From contig NC_016070.1 of assembly GCF_000253055.1 (NCBI RefSeq), positions 150,001 to 182,000 of the forward strand: 32,000 bases of DNA, given 5' to 3'. Shown here piece after piece: positions 16,754 to 24,917 of the stretch (its first letter is position 1; each line of letters opens with the position of its first letter). The notes below the pieces were generated by a model. That model saw only the letters and a program-made list of their open reading frames with translations, had not been told where the DNA came from and ran no database searches. Source of the DNA: Thermoproteus tenax Kra 1 (GTDB taxonomy: Archaea > Thermoproteota > Thermoprotei > Thermoproteales > Thermoproteaceae). Both the position numbers and the translations under genes were made by a program.

Positions 16754-17365
16754 ATGGACTCTTCTAGAGCCGCCGGCCCCACCCACAAGATCGAGAATAT
16801 AGTGGCCACGGTTAATCTAGGCGTCGAGCTCGATCTGGAGCAGTTGGCCGAGAGGCTTCCCGTGGCCGAGTACAACCCGGACCAATTCCCCGGGCTCATC
16901 CTCCGTCTGACCAGGCCCAGGATATCGGCATTGATATTCAGGACTGGGAAGATGGTCTGCACCGGCGCCAAGAACGAGACCGATCTGAAAAACGCAGTAC
17001 ACGCACTAGTCAAGCTCTTGAACGATAACGGCGCGGACGTGCCCCTAAACCCCGAGGTCCAAGTCCAGAATATAGTGGCGTCGGGAAGTCTCAACGCAGA
17101 GGTCGACCTAGAGCAAGCGGCGCTGTTGTTGGACAACGCAATGTACGAGCCCGAGCAGTTCCCCGGTCTGATCTACAGAATGACAGAGCCGCGCGTGGTA
17201 GTGTTGATATTCGGCAGCGGGAAAATAGTCTGCACCGGCGCCAAGTCGGAGAAGGACGTCGCCGTGGCTGTCCAGAGGCTGTACGACAGGCTTAAAGAGC
17301 TAGGCGTCTTGTACGTCGAGGAGGGCGGAGGCGCCGAAGCGGAGGAAGCCGAGGAAGAGGAGTGA
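16754..17365 (+). CDS. tbp: TATA-box binding protein
   Basis: Two direct TBP repeats are present (IENIVATVNLG...FPGLILRL..P..ALIFRTGKMVCTGAK and QNIVASGSL...FPGLIYRM..P..VLIFGSGKIVCTGAK). The tail is acidic. Confidence 0.97.
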   Translation: MDSSRAAGPTHKIENIVATVNLGVELDLEQLAERLPVAEYNPDQFPGLILRLTRPRISALIFRTGKMVCTGAKNETDLKNAVHALVKLLNDNGADVPLNPEVQVQNIVASGSLNAEVDLEQAALLLDNAMYEPEQFPGLIYRMTEPRVVVLIFGSGKIVCTGAKSEKDVAVAVQRLYDRLKELGVLYVEEGGGAEAEEAEEEE

Positions 17366-17850
17366 TAGGACTTTATGCGGACAAAGTCATAAAGACGGAC
17401 CTCCCCCTACTTGTCCCCTTCTGCGAGGCGCCGAGGCCAAACGTCGTGCCCTATGTGGACGAGGACTTGGGCTGTCTGATGAGGGCGCTCCGGACCGCGT
17501 ATATGGCCGTAGCCGTCAGAACACAGAACAAGGTATTGGTCAAGATCGCGGAGGAGATGAGGCCAGATCTCTTGATATTGGTCGATGGACTGCGTATATA
17601 TACGAGGAGGATAAGGCCGCTGTTGAGACCCGGGCAGCACAGCAGAGGATATTTCGTAGTGGCGGACAGATCCGAGCTGTCGGAGCTGGATAAAGACCAG
17701 GCCGAGGGAGTTTTCCTGAACTACGAGGCGTTCCCGCAGGAGTGGGTCCAAGCCGCTGTGTCCGGCTCCCTTAAGTGCAGCCGGTGCAATAGGTGTGGCC
17801 CCCTCGATCTGTTGCTCTGCGATTCATACAGAGAGCTCGAGGTGATATAA
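17362..17850 (+). CDS. Hypothetical protein with C-terminal CxxCxxC cluster
   Basis: The 162-aa ORF has a GTGA overlap with the tbp stop and host-like codon usage. CSRCNRC plus a further Cys lie near the C-terminus. I do not recognise a family. Confidence 0.6.
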   Translation: MIGLYADKVIKTDLPLLVPFCEAPRPNVVPYVDEDLGCLMRALRTAYMAVAVRTQNKVLVKIAEEMRPDLLILVDGLRIYTRRIRPLLRPGQHSRGYFVVADRSELSELDKDQAEGVFLNYEAFPQEWVQAAVSGSLKCSRCNRCGPLDLLLCDSYRELEVI

Positions 17851-17864
17851 AGGCGCCGGCGGAC

Positions 17865-18272
17865 ATGGTCGCTCCAAAGACCAAGGGGGCCTCCAAGGAG
17901 AGGTCGGTGGCCAATCTGTTGTGGGAGAAGGGATGCGCCGTCTTGAGAGGGTGTTCCTCGGGCGGCGGCGTAAGGAAGAGGTTTGTGCCCGACATAGTCG
18001 CCATATGTAACGGCAAAGTGTTAGTTATGGAGCTGAAATACAGAGCCAAGAGGACGACGGTGAGGATAGAGGCCGAGAAAGTCCAAGGTCTTCTGGAGTT
18101 CGCGGCTAGATCCGGCGGTAGAGCCTTCGTATTGGTTAAGTTCGGCAGAGATCAGTGGAGGGTCTTCGAAGTGGCGGAGGGGGCCGACGTGAGCATAAAC
18201 GGTGAGGCCTACGACAGAGCGCCCACGTTGGACCATTTATTAGCGTCAATTTTCAATAGACAGCTCGTATGA
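17865..18272 (+). CDS. hjc: Holliday junction resolvase Hjc
   Basis: KGASKERSVANLLWEKGCAVLRG..S......PDIVA....KVLVMELKYR contains the Hjc catalytic E / D / E-x-K pattern. I trimmed the track ORF (17793) to the ATG at 17865, 14 nt after the upstream stop. Confidence 0.88.
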   Translation: MVAPKTKGASKERSVANLLWEKGCAVLRGCSSGGGVRKRFVPDIVAICNGKVLVMELKYRAKRTTVRIEAEKVQGLLEFAARSGGRAFVLVKFGRDQWRVFEVAEGADVSINGEAYDRAPTLDHLLASIFNRQLV

Positions 18273-18514
18273 GCGAGGAGAAGGCCAAGGCGTTGCTCCA
18301 GCTGGTGAAACAGAAGGCGAGGGATCCTCTGAAATACGCAAAACTTATCTATGACCCAAAGATGAAGGTGTACAGACTGAAGCTCGTGTTATTGAGGCCT
18401 ATGTCGTTCCGTACACTTCAGGAGATCGCGCAGGCCGCCGAGGGGGCTGGCTTCGAGGTCCAGATCTACGCGCCCCACGCCAGAGCGTTGAGGCTCGACT
18501 TAAAGCCCCGCTGA
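18269..18514 (+). CDS. Hypothetical small protein (81 aa)
   Basis: There is an ATGA overlap with the hjc stop, and the codon usage is host-like. No motif was recognised. Confidence 0.5.
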   Translation: MSEEKAKALLQLVKQKARDPLKYAKLIYDPKMKVYRLKLVLLRPMSFRTLQEIAQAAEGAGFEVQIYAPHARALRLDLKPR

Positions 18515-18557
18515 TGGGAGGACAGAAAGACTTTAAATTTGGAAATATAATGGCGAT

Positions 18558-19241
18558 ATGAAGATCAAATGGTTCGGCCACGCCTTCTTCATGGTGGAGA
18601 CCCAGTCCATGAGGATACTCGTGGACCCGTGGGTTACCCACCCTCTCTCGCCCGCCTCCATTGACGAAGTCGTCAATCTAAAGCCCAAGTACATCCTGAT
18701 AACCCACGACCATATGGACCACTTGGGAGAGTCTGTGGAGATAGCCAAGAGGACCGGCGCAACTATCGTGGGCACCTTCGAGCTATCGCTAGAGATAGCC
18801 GAGAAGGGAGTCCCGGAGGCCCAGACCTTGGGCATGAATATAGGCGGAAGCCTCAAGTTGGGCGACGGCGTCGAGATCTATATGACGCAAGCGTTCCACA
18901 CGGCAAACAGAGGAGCTCCGTCAGGCTTCGTCATTATGACGCCCGAGGGGACGGTGTATCACGCCGGCGACACGGGGGTCTTCGGAGACATGGAGCTCAT
19001 CGGAAGGATGTTTAACTTGGACGTGGCCCTCTTGCCCATAGGAGGCTTCTACACTATGGGGCCGAGGGAGGCCACCTGGGCGGTGCAGCTTCTGCGGGCC
19101 AAGTCGGTGGTGCCGATGCACTACAACACATTCCCCGTGATCAAACAAGATCCAGAGGACTTCAAGAGCAGAGTGGAGGCCGTTGTTGGAGCCAAAGTCT
19201 ACGTCATGAAGCCTGGCGAGGAGCTCAACATTAAGGCTTAA
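18558..19241 (+). CDS. UPF0173-family metallo-beta-lactamase-fold hydrolase
   Basis: MKIKWFGHAFF...ILVDPW...ITHDHMDHLG...HYNTFP is the pattern of the UPF0173 MBL family. Confidence 0.88.
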   Translation: MKIKWFGHAFFMVETQSMRILVDPWVTHPLSPASIDEVVNLKPKYILITHDHMDHLGESVEIAKRTGATIVGTFELSLEIAEKGVPEAQTLGMNIGGSLKLGDGVEIYMTQAFHTANRGAPSGFVIMTPEGTVYHAGDTGVFGDMELIGRMFNLDVALLPIGGFYTMGPREATWAVQLLRAKSVVPMHYNTFPVIKQDPEDFKSRVEAVVGAKVYVMKPGEELNIKA

Positions 19242-19264
19242 AAGAGGAGCTCCATCTTGGGCCT

Positions 19265-20626
19265 ATGTCTCTCTCATACGACGTGGTCGTCGTAGGCGCC
19301 GGCACGGCTGGCGCCTATACGGCGTATAACTTGGCCAAGAGGGGGTTCAGAGTTGCCCTATTGGAGTCGAAGAGCGGAGACAAAGTGGGAGTAAAGACGT
19401 GCGGAGACGCCTTGGGGAAACACCACGTGGATAGAATGGCGAAGTACCTCACCCCGAACCCCAAGATATTAGTCAACGACATAAAGGGCGTGGAGCTCTT
19501 CAGCCCAGACATGAGGACTAAGTACGTGATACCGGGCGAGGGCTATATGTTGGATAGATTCAATTGGGGGAAGTGGCTCGTGAAGGAGGCTATCAACGCA
19601 GGCGCCGAGTTCTACGAGGGCCACACAGCCACAGTGCCCATCTTGGAGAACGGGCAGGTCTCGGGCGTAAAGGCCAACGACAACAGACAGGGGACCCATA
19701 AGGAGTTCAGAGGGAGGATCGTCGTAGACGCCTCGGGCTCTGTGGGCGTCGTCAGATCGCGCCTGCCTGACACGTGGCCGATCTCAGAGAGGCTCCACCC
19801 AGAGGACGTATCTCACGCGTATAGAGAGGTCTTCTATATAGACGGCTCCGTGGAGAACCCTCAGTATATCAAGATATATTTAGATCAGACTATCTCGCCG
19901 GGAGGATATTGGTGGGCCTTCCCATATTCGTCCGACTTCCTCAACGTGGGCTTGGGCGTATGGGGCACTCTGAAGGTGAACCCGAACGCCAACTACAAGA
20001 GGTACCTGGAGCCGCGATACAGGATCAAGAACAAGGTACACATGGGAGGAGGCTTTATACCCACGAGGAGGCCTCTGAAGACCCTCGTCTGGAACGGAAT
20101 TGTCGCCGTCGGCGACGCCGCAGCTGCTGTGAATCCCCTTCACGGCGGAGGCATAGGGCAAGCCCTTTTGACGGGCGAGCTGGCCAGCAAGGCTATAGAG
20201 AGGGCCTTCTCGGCCGGGAGGTACGACGCAGCGACTCTGTGGAGCTACAACGTGGACTATATGAACGAGTGGGGCTATAGACAAGCCCAGTTGGACGTGG
20301 TCAGACTGATGCTCCAGACGTTGGACAACGACGACCTCAACTTCGGCCTTTCGAGGAAGCTGTTGACGGAGCAGGACGTGTTGGATATATCCTCGAGGGG
20401 CGTCACTCTGTCTGTTGTAGACAAGTTGAGGCTTGCGCTCCAGTTTGTCGGCAGACCGGGCTTGCTCATGAAGCTCTACAACGCCATGAGCTACGCCAAG
20501 AGGATCGGCGATTTGTATCTACAGTATCCACAGAGGCCGGAGGAACTAGACAGATGGTACGCCAAAGTGGTAGAGACCTACAGAGAATATAGGGACAAAA
20601 TAGGCCTTGGGCCAATGCCGGCGTGA
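19265..20626 (+). CDS. FAD-dependent geranylgeranyl reductase family protein (digeranylgeranylglycerophospholipid reductase-like)
   Basis: YDVVVVGAGTAGAY is the dinucleotide fold, KTCGDALG is the conserved Cys motif, and VAVGDAAA..NP.HGGG is also present. At 453 aa it is longer than the roughly 400-aa core enzymes. Confidence 0.85.
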   Translation: MSLSYDVVVVGAGTAGAYTAYNLAKRGFRVALLESKSGDKVGVKTCGDALGKHHVDRMAKYLTPNPKILVNDIKGVELFSPDMRTKYVIPGEGYMLDRFNWGKWLVKEAINAGAEFYEGHTATVPILENGQVSGVKANDNRQGTHKEFRGRIVVDASGSVGVVRSRLPDTWPISERLHPEDVSHAYREVFYIDGSVENPQYIKIYLDQTISPGGYWWAFPYSSDFLNVGLGVWGTLKVNPNANYKRYLEPRYRIKNKVHMGGGFIPTRRPLKTLVWNGIVAVGDAAAAVNPLHGGGIGQALLTGELASKAIERAFSAGRYDAATLWSYNVDYMNEWGYRQAQLDVVRLMLQTLDNDDLNFGLSRKLLTEQDVLDISSRGVTLSVVDKLRLALQFVGRPGLLMKLYNAMSYAKRIGDLYLQYPQRPEELDRWYAKVVETYREYRDKIGLGPMPA

Positions 20627-21183
20627 TCGAGGAGGAGATCGTAGAATATTACAAGCTCCTCTACTTGAGAGGACTCTCAACTCTCCTCAGCGGCAACATA
20701 AGCGTTAGGTCGGGCGACCTCATCCTCATAACTCCCACCAGCCTCCCAAAGCCCCTCTTGAGGCCGGAGGACTTAGTCTATATAGATTTCGAGGGGCGAG
20801 TAGTGAAGGGGACCAGACAGCCCTCCTCCGAGTGGAGGATGCATGCGGCGGTCTATAGGAGGAGGCCTGACGTAGGCGCCATAGTACACGTCCACCCAGT
20901 CCATTCTACTCTGCTTGCTGAGAGGATAAAGCCGGACCTATTCCTCGAGGGAGATATATATATCGGCGGCCCTCTGGCGGTTGTCCCGCCGCTTCAGCCC
21001 GGCACTTGGGAGCTGGCCGAGGCGGTGGCCGACGCTCTAGCCAGAGCCAACGTCGCCGTGCTTAAAAAACACGGCGTTGTCGCAGTGGGGAGGAGCTTGG
21101 CGGAGGCCGTCAATAGAGTTGAGGTCGTGGAGGATCTGGCCAAGGCCACTCTGATCAACCTATGGATAAACAGCGGCATCTGA
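20623..21183 (+). CDS. Class II aldolase/adducin-family protein (FucA/MtnB-like)
   Basis: SGNISVR, PSSEWRMH (Glu) and VHVHPVHS (zinc His) are present. A GTGA overlap links it to the upstream stop. Confidence 0.85.
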   Translation: MIEEEIVEYYKLLYLRGLSTLLSGNISVRSGDLILITPTSLPKPLLRPEDLVYIDFEGRVVKGTRQPSSEWRMHAAVYRRRPDVGAIVHVHPVHSTLLAERIKPDLFLEGDIYIGGPLAVVPPLQPGTWELAEAVADALARANVAVLKKHGVVAVGRSLAEAVNRVEVVEDLAKATLINLWINSGI

Positions 21184-21800
21184 TAGTCGGCTATCTGCTC
21201 GCGCTGGCCAGGACTGAGGGCGAGGGCATCTCCGAGGCCGCCAGAGCCCTCGGTCTGTCGAGACAAGGCCTCCACAAGGCGTTGAGGAAGTTGAGGGAGT
21301 TGGGCTACGTCGAGGAAGGCCCCGAGATAAGGCTGAGCGAGAGGGGGAGGGAGCTCCTCAGAGAGGCTCTGAGGGACTTGATGGAGTATTTCGGCGTGTC
21401 CACTATACGGCTCTACGGATACGTGGCGAGGGGGCTCGGCGAGGGGGCCTTCTATGTATCTCTGGAGGGCTATAGAAGACAGATAGAGGAAAAGCTGGGC
21501 TTCACGCCGTATCCAGGGACTCTCAACGTAGTCCTGGCGCCCGACGCGTTGCCCTACAGGAGATACCTCGAGGCCCTCCCAGGGGTCTTGCTCAAGGGCT
21601 TTTCAGACGGCGTTAGAACCTATGGGAACGTCAAGGCCTTTAAATGCACAATATTCGATATGGACTGCGCCGTCTTAGTCATAGAGAGGACCCACCACGG
21701 CCCCGAGGTCGTTGAAGTGATAGCCCCTGTCAAGCTGAGGGACGTCTACGGCTTGAAGGACGGCGACCCTGTGTCCATAGAGGTCAAATTAATTAGTTAG
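21162..21800 (+). CDS. wHTH-fused CTP-dependent riboflavin kinase (RbkR-type architecture)
   Basis: The N-terminal HTH is ISEAARALGLSRQGLHKALRKLRELGYV. The C-terminal archaeal RibK domain is GYVARGLGEGAFYVSLEGY...LGF.PYPGTLNV. Confidence 0.85.
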   Translation: MDKQRHLIVGYLLALARTEGEGISEAARALGLSRQGLHKALRKLRELGYVEEGPEIRLSERGRELLREALRDLMEYFGVSTIRLYGYVARGLGEGAFYVSLEGYRRQIEEKLGFTPYPGTLNVVLAPDALPYRRYLEALPGVLLKGFSDGVRTYGNVKAFKCTIFDMDCAVLVIERTHHGPEVVEVIAPVKLRDVYGLKDGDPVSIEVKLIS

Positions 21801-21811
21801 AAACTAGTGCC

Positions 21812-23173
21812 ATGTCCACAGAGATAGGCCTAGTGGTCAGCGGGGCCTCGATATCCTCTATACCGGTCCAGATCTATAGGCAGGCGGAGCGCCACGCCCA
21901 AGAGGAGCAGATGGTCATCGTCAGAGACGCGGCCGACCCCGAGGTGGCTATACTGGGATTCCTCCGAAGGATCACGAAGCTGGAGCCGATAGTCAGAGAC
22001 AAGGTGAGGACGCCCTACGTCGATAAGCCAGACATGTTGGACTACGGAGTCCTCCTGCCCTATACCACGGCTGTGGTCAAGCCATATGTTGAGCTGGACC
22101 AACGCGGCTCAGTGAGGGAGGTAGAGCACATCCCCACTCCGGGCTCCAAAGTGTATTTGGCCAAGGGCGGCCCGCCCGTCAAGATCTCGCCCCAGAGGGC
22201 CGCCGTCGTGGGGACGCACAAGTACTCGGGGTGGGAGGTGCCGTTGGACCTCGCCTATATATCCCACCATGTCGGCGTCTTTGGAGCAACCGGCATGGGG
22301 AAGTCGAGGCTCGTCCGGGCCCTCTTGGGAGAGCTCGTCAAAACAGGCTCCCGCATCGTCGTCTTCGACCATACGGGCGTAGACTATGCCCCCTTCTACG
22401 AGAACGTAGTGAAGTCCTCCGAGGTCAAAATACCGCCCAACATCTTGGCATCAGTTTTGGCGAAGCTGGCGGATCTGCCGTGGCAGACCTACGGCGAATA
22501 TATCGAGATCGCAACGATGACCTTCGAGGGACAGTGGAGCAGAGACGCCTTCTTGGCGCACGTCAGAAGGACCATGAAGAGGCTGAACGCCCGGGACACC
22601 ACGACGGAGAGAGTCGAGCTCTTCATAAAACAGCTCGTGGATCCCCAGTTTTTCTCAGATCTAAACAAGAGGACCAAGACGCCGGCCGACATCCTTGCGT
22701 CCCGGCCCTACCCAGTCGTAGTGGACTTGAGCTACGACACTGAACTCTCAGTGAAGCAGGCGATAGTCGCCTCAGTGATCGCCGAGGCGTGGGCCGAGGT
22801 GAGGAGGGCGAGGGAGCCGCGCCCTACCGTCTTCGTGATAGACGAGGCGCAGAACTACGCGCCCAGCGAGTGGGCCATCTCAAAGGACCCCATAGAGACG
22901 ACGGCAAGAGAGGGCAGGAAGTGGGGCCTCTCTCTGATATTGGCAAGCCAGCGCATCGCTGGGGATATAGACCCCTCCATAAGGGCGAACCTCGGGACGG
23001 TCTTCTTCAGCAGGCTCACCGCCCCCACGGACCTAAGGGAGATCGTAGCATACCTCGATTTAGCCGATGTGAACGAGGGCGTGCTCACTCAGCTCCAGCC
23101 CAGGGAGTTCTTCGTCGCAGGCCTGATGAATCCGCTGAGGAAGCCCGTTCTTTTGAAAATCAAGGAGATCTGA
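21812..23173 (+). CDS. HerA/FtsK-like (DUF87, COG0433) P-loop ATPase
   Basis: The N-terminal region resembles a HAS barrel. Walker A GATGMGKS and Walker B VFVIDEAQNYAP are present, and the C-terminal SQR...D looks like an arginine-finger region. Confidence 0.85.
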   Translation: MSTEIGLVVSGASISSIPVQIYRQAERHAQEEQMVIVRDAADPEVAILGFLRRITKLEPIVRDKVRTPYVDKPDMLDYGVLLPYTTAVVKPYVELDQRGSVREVEHIPTPGSKVYLAKGGPPVKISPQRAAVVGTHKYSGWEVPLDLAYISHHVGVFGATGMGKSRLVRALLGELVKTGSRIVVFDHTGVDYAPFYENVVKSSEVKIPPNILASVLAKLADLPWQTYGEYIEIATMTFEGQWSRDAFLAHVRRTMKRLNARDTTTERVELFIKQLVDPQFFSDLNKRTKTPADILASRPYPVVVDLSYDTELSVKQAIVASVIAEAWAEVRRAREPRPTVFVIDEAQNYAPSEWAISKDPIETTAREGRKWGLSLILASQRIAGDIDPSIRANLGTVFFSRLTAPTDLREIVAYLDLADVNEGVLTQLQPREFFVAGLMNPLRKPVLLKIKEI

Positions 23174-23445
23174 GGGACTGTTGGCGCCCGGCCCTACCCG
23201 GGAGCGTATTTTGGCCCCCAGCCTAGGCGACGTCGTGAGGTCTCGTCGTCGGCCAACTGCTACGTCTCTCGGCTGCATGGCGTATAACAAAGATAGAGGG
23301 GATTTCACTGGTTACACATATCTTATGAGATGTAGTTTAAATAGAATTAGTTTATTCTCAAATTTATAAATACTGATGTATATATTGTAGCTCTCTTTTT
23401 AAGATATCGAATGAAAGAAAAAAGCTGGACAATTCAATACTATAC

Positions 23446-24267
23446 GTGAACGCAAAAAAGATAGCATTAATATTAATCTTGGTTTTAGTCGGCAGCACGT
23501 TGGGTGCCGTCGTTGCGGAAAACAATGTGCACCTCGTTGTGGTGAAGGGCGGCGGAGAGGTGAATTCGAGCTGTATCGGGAACTGTCTGATTGTAGAGGC
23601 CGTGCGCTCAGCTCTTAAGAAGCCTCCATACCCAATAGTGAACAAGTCGATATTCCCGGGTACGTTAGTGACGTTTGAGATGCCCAGAGGCTCCCAGTAT
23701 AAGTATGTATCGCTCGTGGTCAACAAAAGCGCAATATATGTGTACCAGTTCAACAGCCCGAGGGACTATAGACTCTACGCGATTGTAGATAAGCCGCAGA
23801 GGACTGTCGAGACTGAGATCGTCTACAAAGAGGGCAATTATACATATTCTGCTGAACTCGTCCTTGCGCTTTACGAAGTTCCGATACCCGGCGGCGATGC
23901 CGTACCGGTCCCCCACCTCAGTTATTCTGTACCGTCCTACACGGGCGACCGCTTGACAACTAACACGACTGCTGCCGGCTGGTTTTACATAAATCCAAGC
24001 ATCGCTGTGGTGGGTTTGATTCCCGACGGCTCGGCCTACGCTAATCCGCCGATGGCGTTGTGTACATCAAATGAGGAGGTTGGCGGGGTTGGAACCTTCG
24101 CGGCGTATACCTATGTACGCGCCCGCTATGCATTATTGGATTGCCCAGTGACTACGGCGATATTCACCTGGCCTTCGGTGGGCATGGACGCCAACGGCAA
24201 TGTTTACTATCCAACCTCGATACCGGCCACGAAGTTTGTAACGTTTGCGTGCGGGTGTTCTGGGTAG
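23446..24267 (+). CDS. Hypothetical secreted or surface protein
   Basis: The start codon is GTG. The N-terminal signal/anchor is KKIALILILVLVGSTLGAVVA. There are at least five N-x-S/T sequons and several Cys, including a C-terminal FACGCSG. The upstream region is A/T-rich and G+C is lower than in core genes. No family was recognised. Confidence 0.6.
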   Translation: MNAKKIALILILVLVGSTLGAVVAENNVHLVVVKGGGEVNSSCIGNCLIVEAVRSALKKPPYPIVNKSIFPGTLVTFEMPRGSQYKYVSLVVNKSAIYVYQFNSPRDYRLYAIVDKPQRTVETEIVYKEGNYTYSAELVLALYEVPIPGGDAVPVPHLSYSVPSYTGDRLTTNTTAAGWFYINPSIAVVGLIPDGSAYANPPMALCTSNEEVGGVGTFAAYTYVRARYALLDCPVTTAIFTWPSVGMDANGNVYYPTSIPATKFVTFACGCSG

Positions 24268-24414
24268 GCTTCATACCCCCGATTAGTATAGGGGAAGGCG
24301 GTTAAAATAACGGAAAAACCAAACCTTTTTCAAAGAACCTCTGTTTATCCTTTTAATCGCCTGTGCAACCCGGTTGAGCTCTGAATACTGCAACGCCCCC
24401 TCTGCAACCACGCA

Positions 24415-24445
<31 letters not shown>

Positions 24446-24803
24446 TGGGAGGGGGTCATACAGCCACCTATTGAGGACATCTAGGTAGTCTCCAAGGTCC
24501 CTCCAGCTCCCACGTTGTGCGCAGATGGTGGGACATCGCCGCGGTGATGGAGAGACTGATCCTGAGACTCAGGTAGGGACGTACCGCCCGGCCCTACACA
24601 CTACGCCCAATGTAATGTCCACGACATGTGCGTGGAGATGCACCGCTGAGGGATATAGAGTTTAAATAATCGCGCATGGGAAATGTGTGAGTTTTCTTCT
24701 GGAAGAACTCGAGGGCTTTTCTGCGAGCGGCTAGGAGGGACCTTGAGGATGGTTTATGGAATCTCGCCGTGTTTCATGCAGAGCAGGCGCTTCAGCAGGA
24801 AGA

Positions 24804-24846
24804 ACCCGGGCGGGGGGTTGAAGGTCGCCGCCGGCGTGTGTCACGT
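24804..24846 (+). repeat. Inverted-repeat copy A (partner at 26755..26797)
   Basis: acccgggcggggggttgaaggtcgccgccggcgtgtgtcacgt matches the reverse complement of 26755..26797 at 38 of 43 positions. All 5 differences are G here versus A there. Confidence 0.85.
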
Positions 24847-24917
24847 GGGCTGCAAGGTTAGATGGTTAAGGGTTTATCTCAGGAAAAAGCATATTAAGTA
24901 TTACGAATATTATTGCC

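Noticed and set aside
24544-24566. C/D-box-like string gtgatgg ... ctga ... ctga
   Set aside because: The box spacing is only about 5-6 nt, whereas a guide needs about 12 nt. The C box is imperfect, and there is no terminal stem or second C'/D set.
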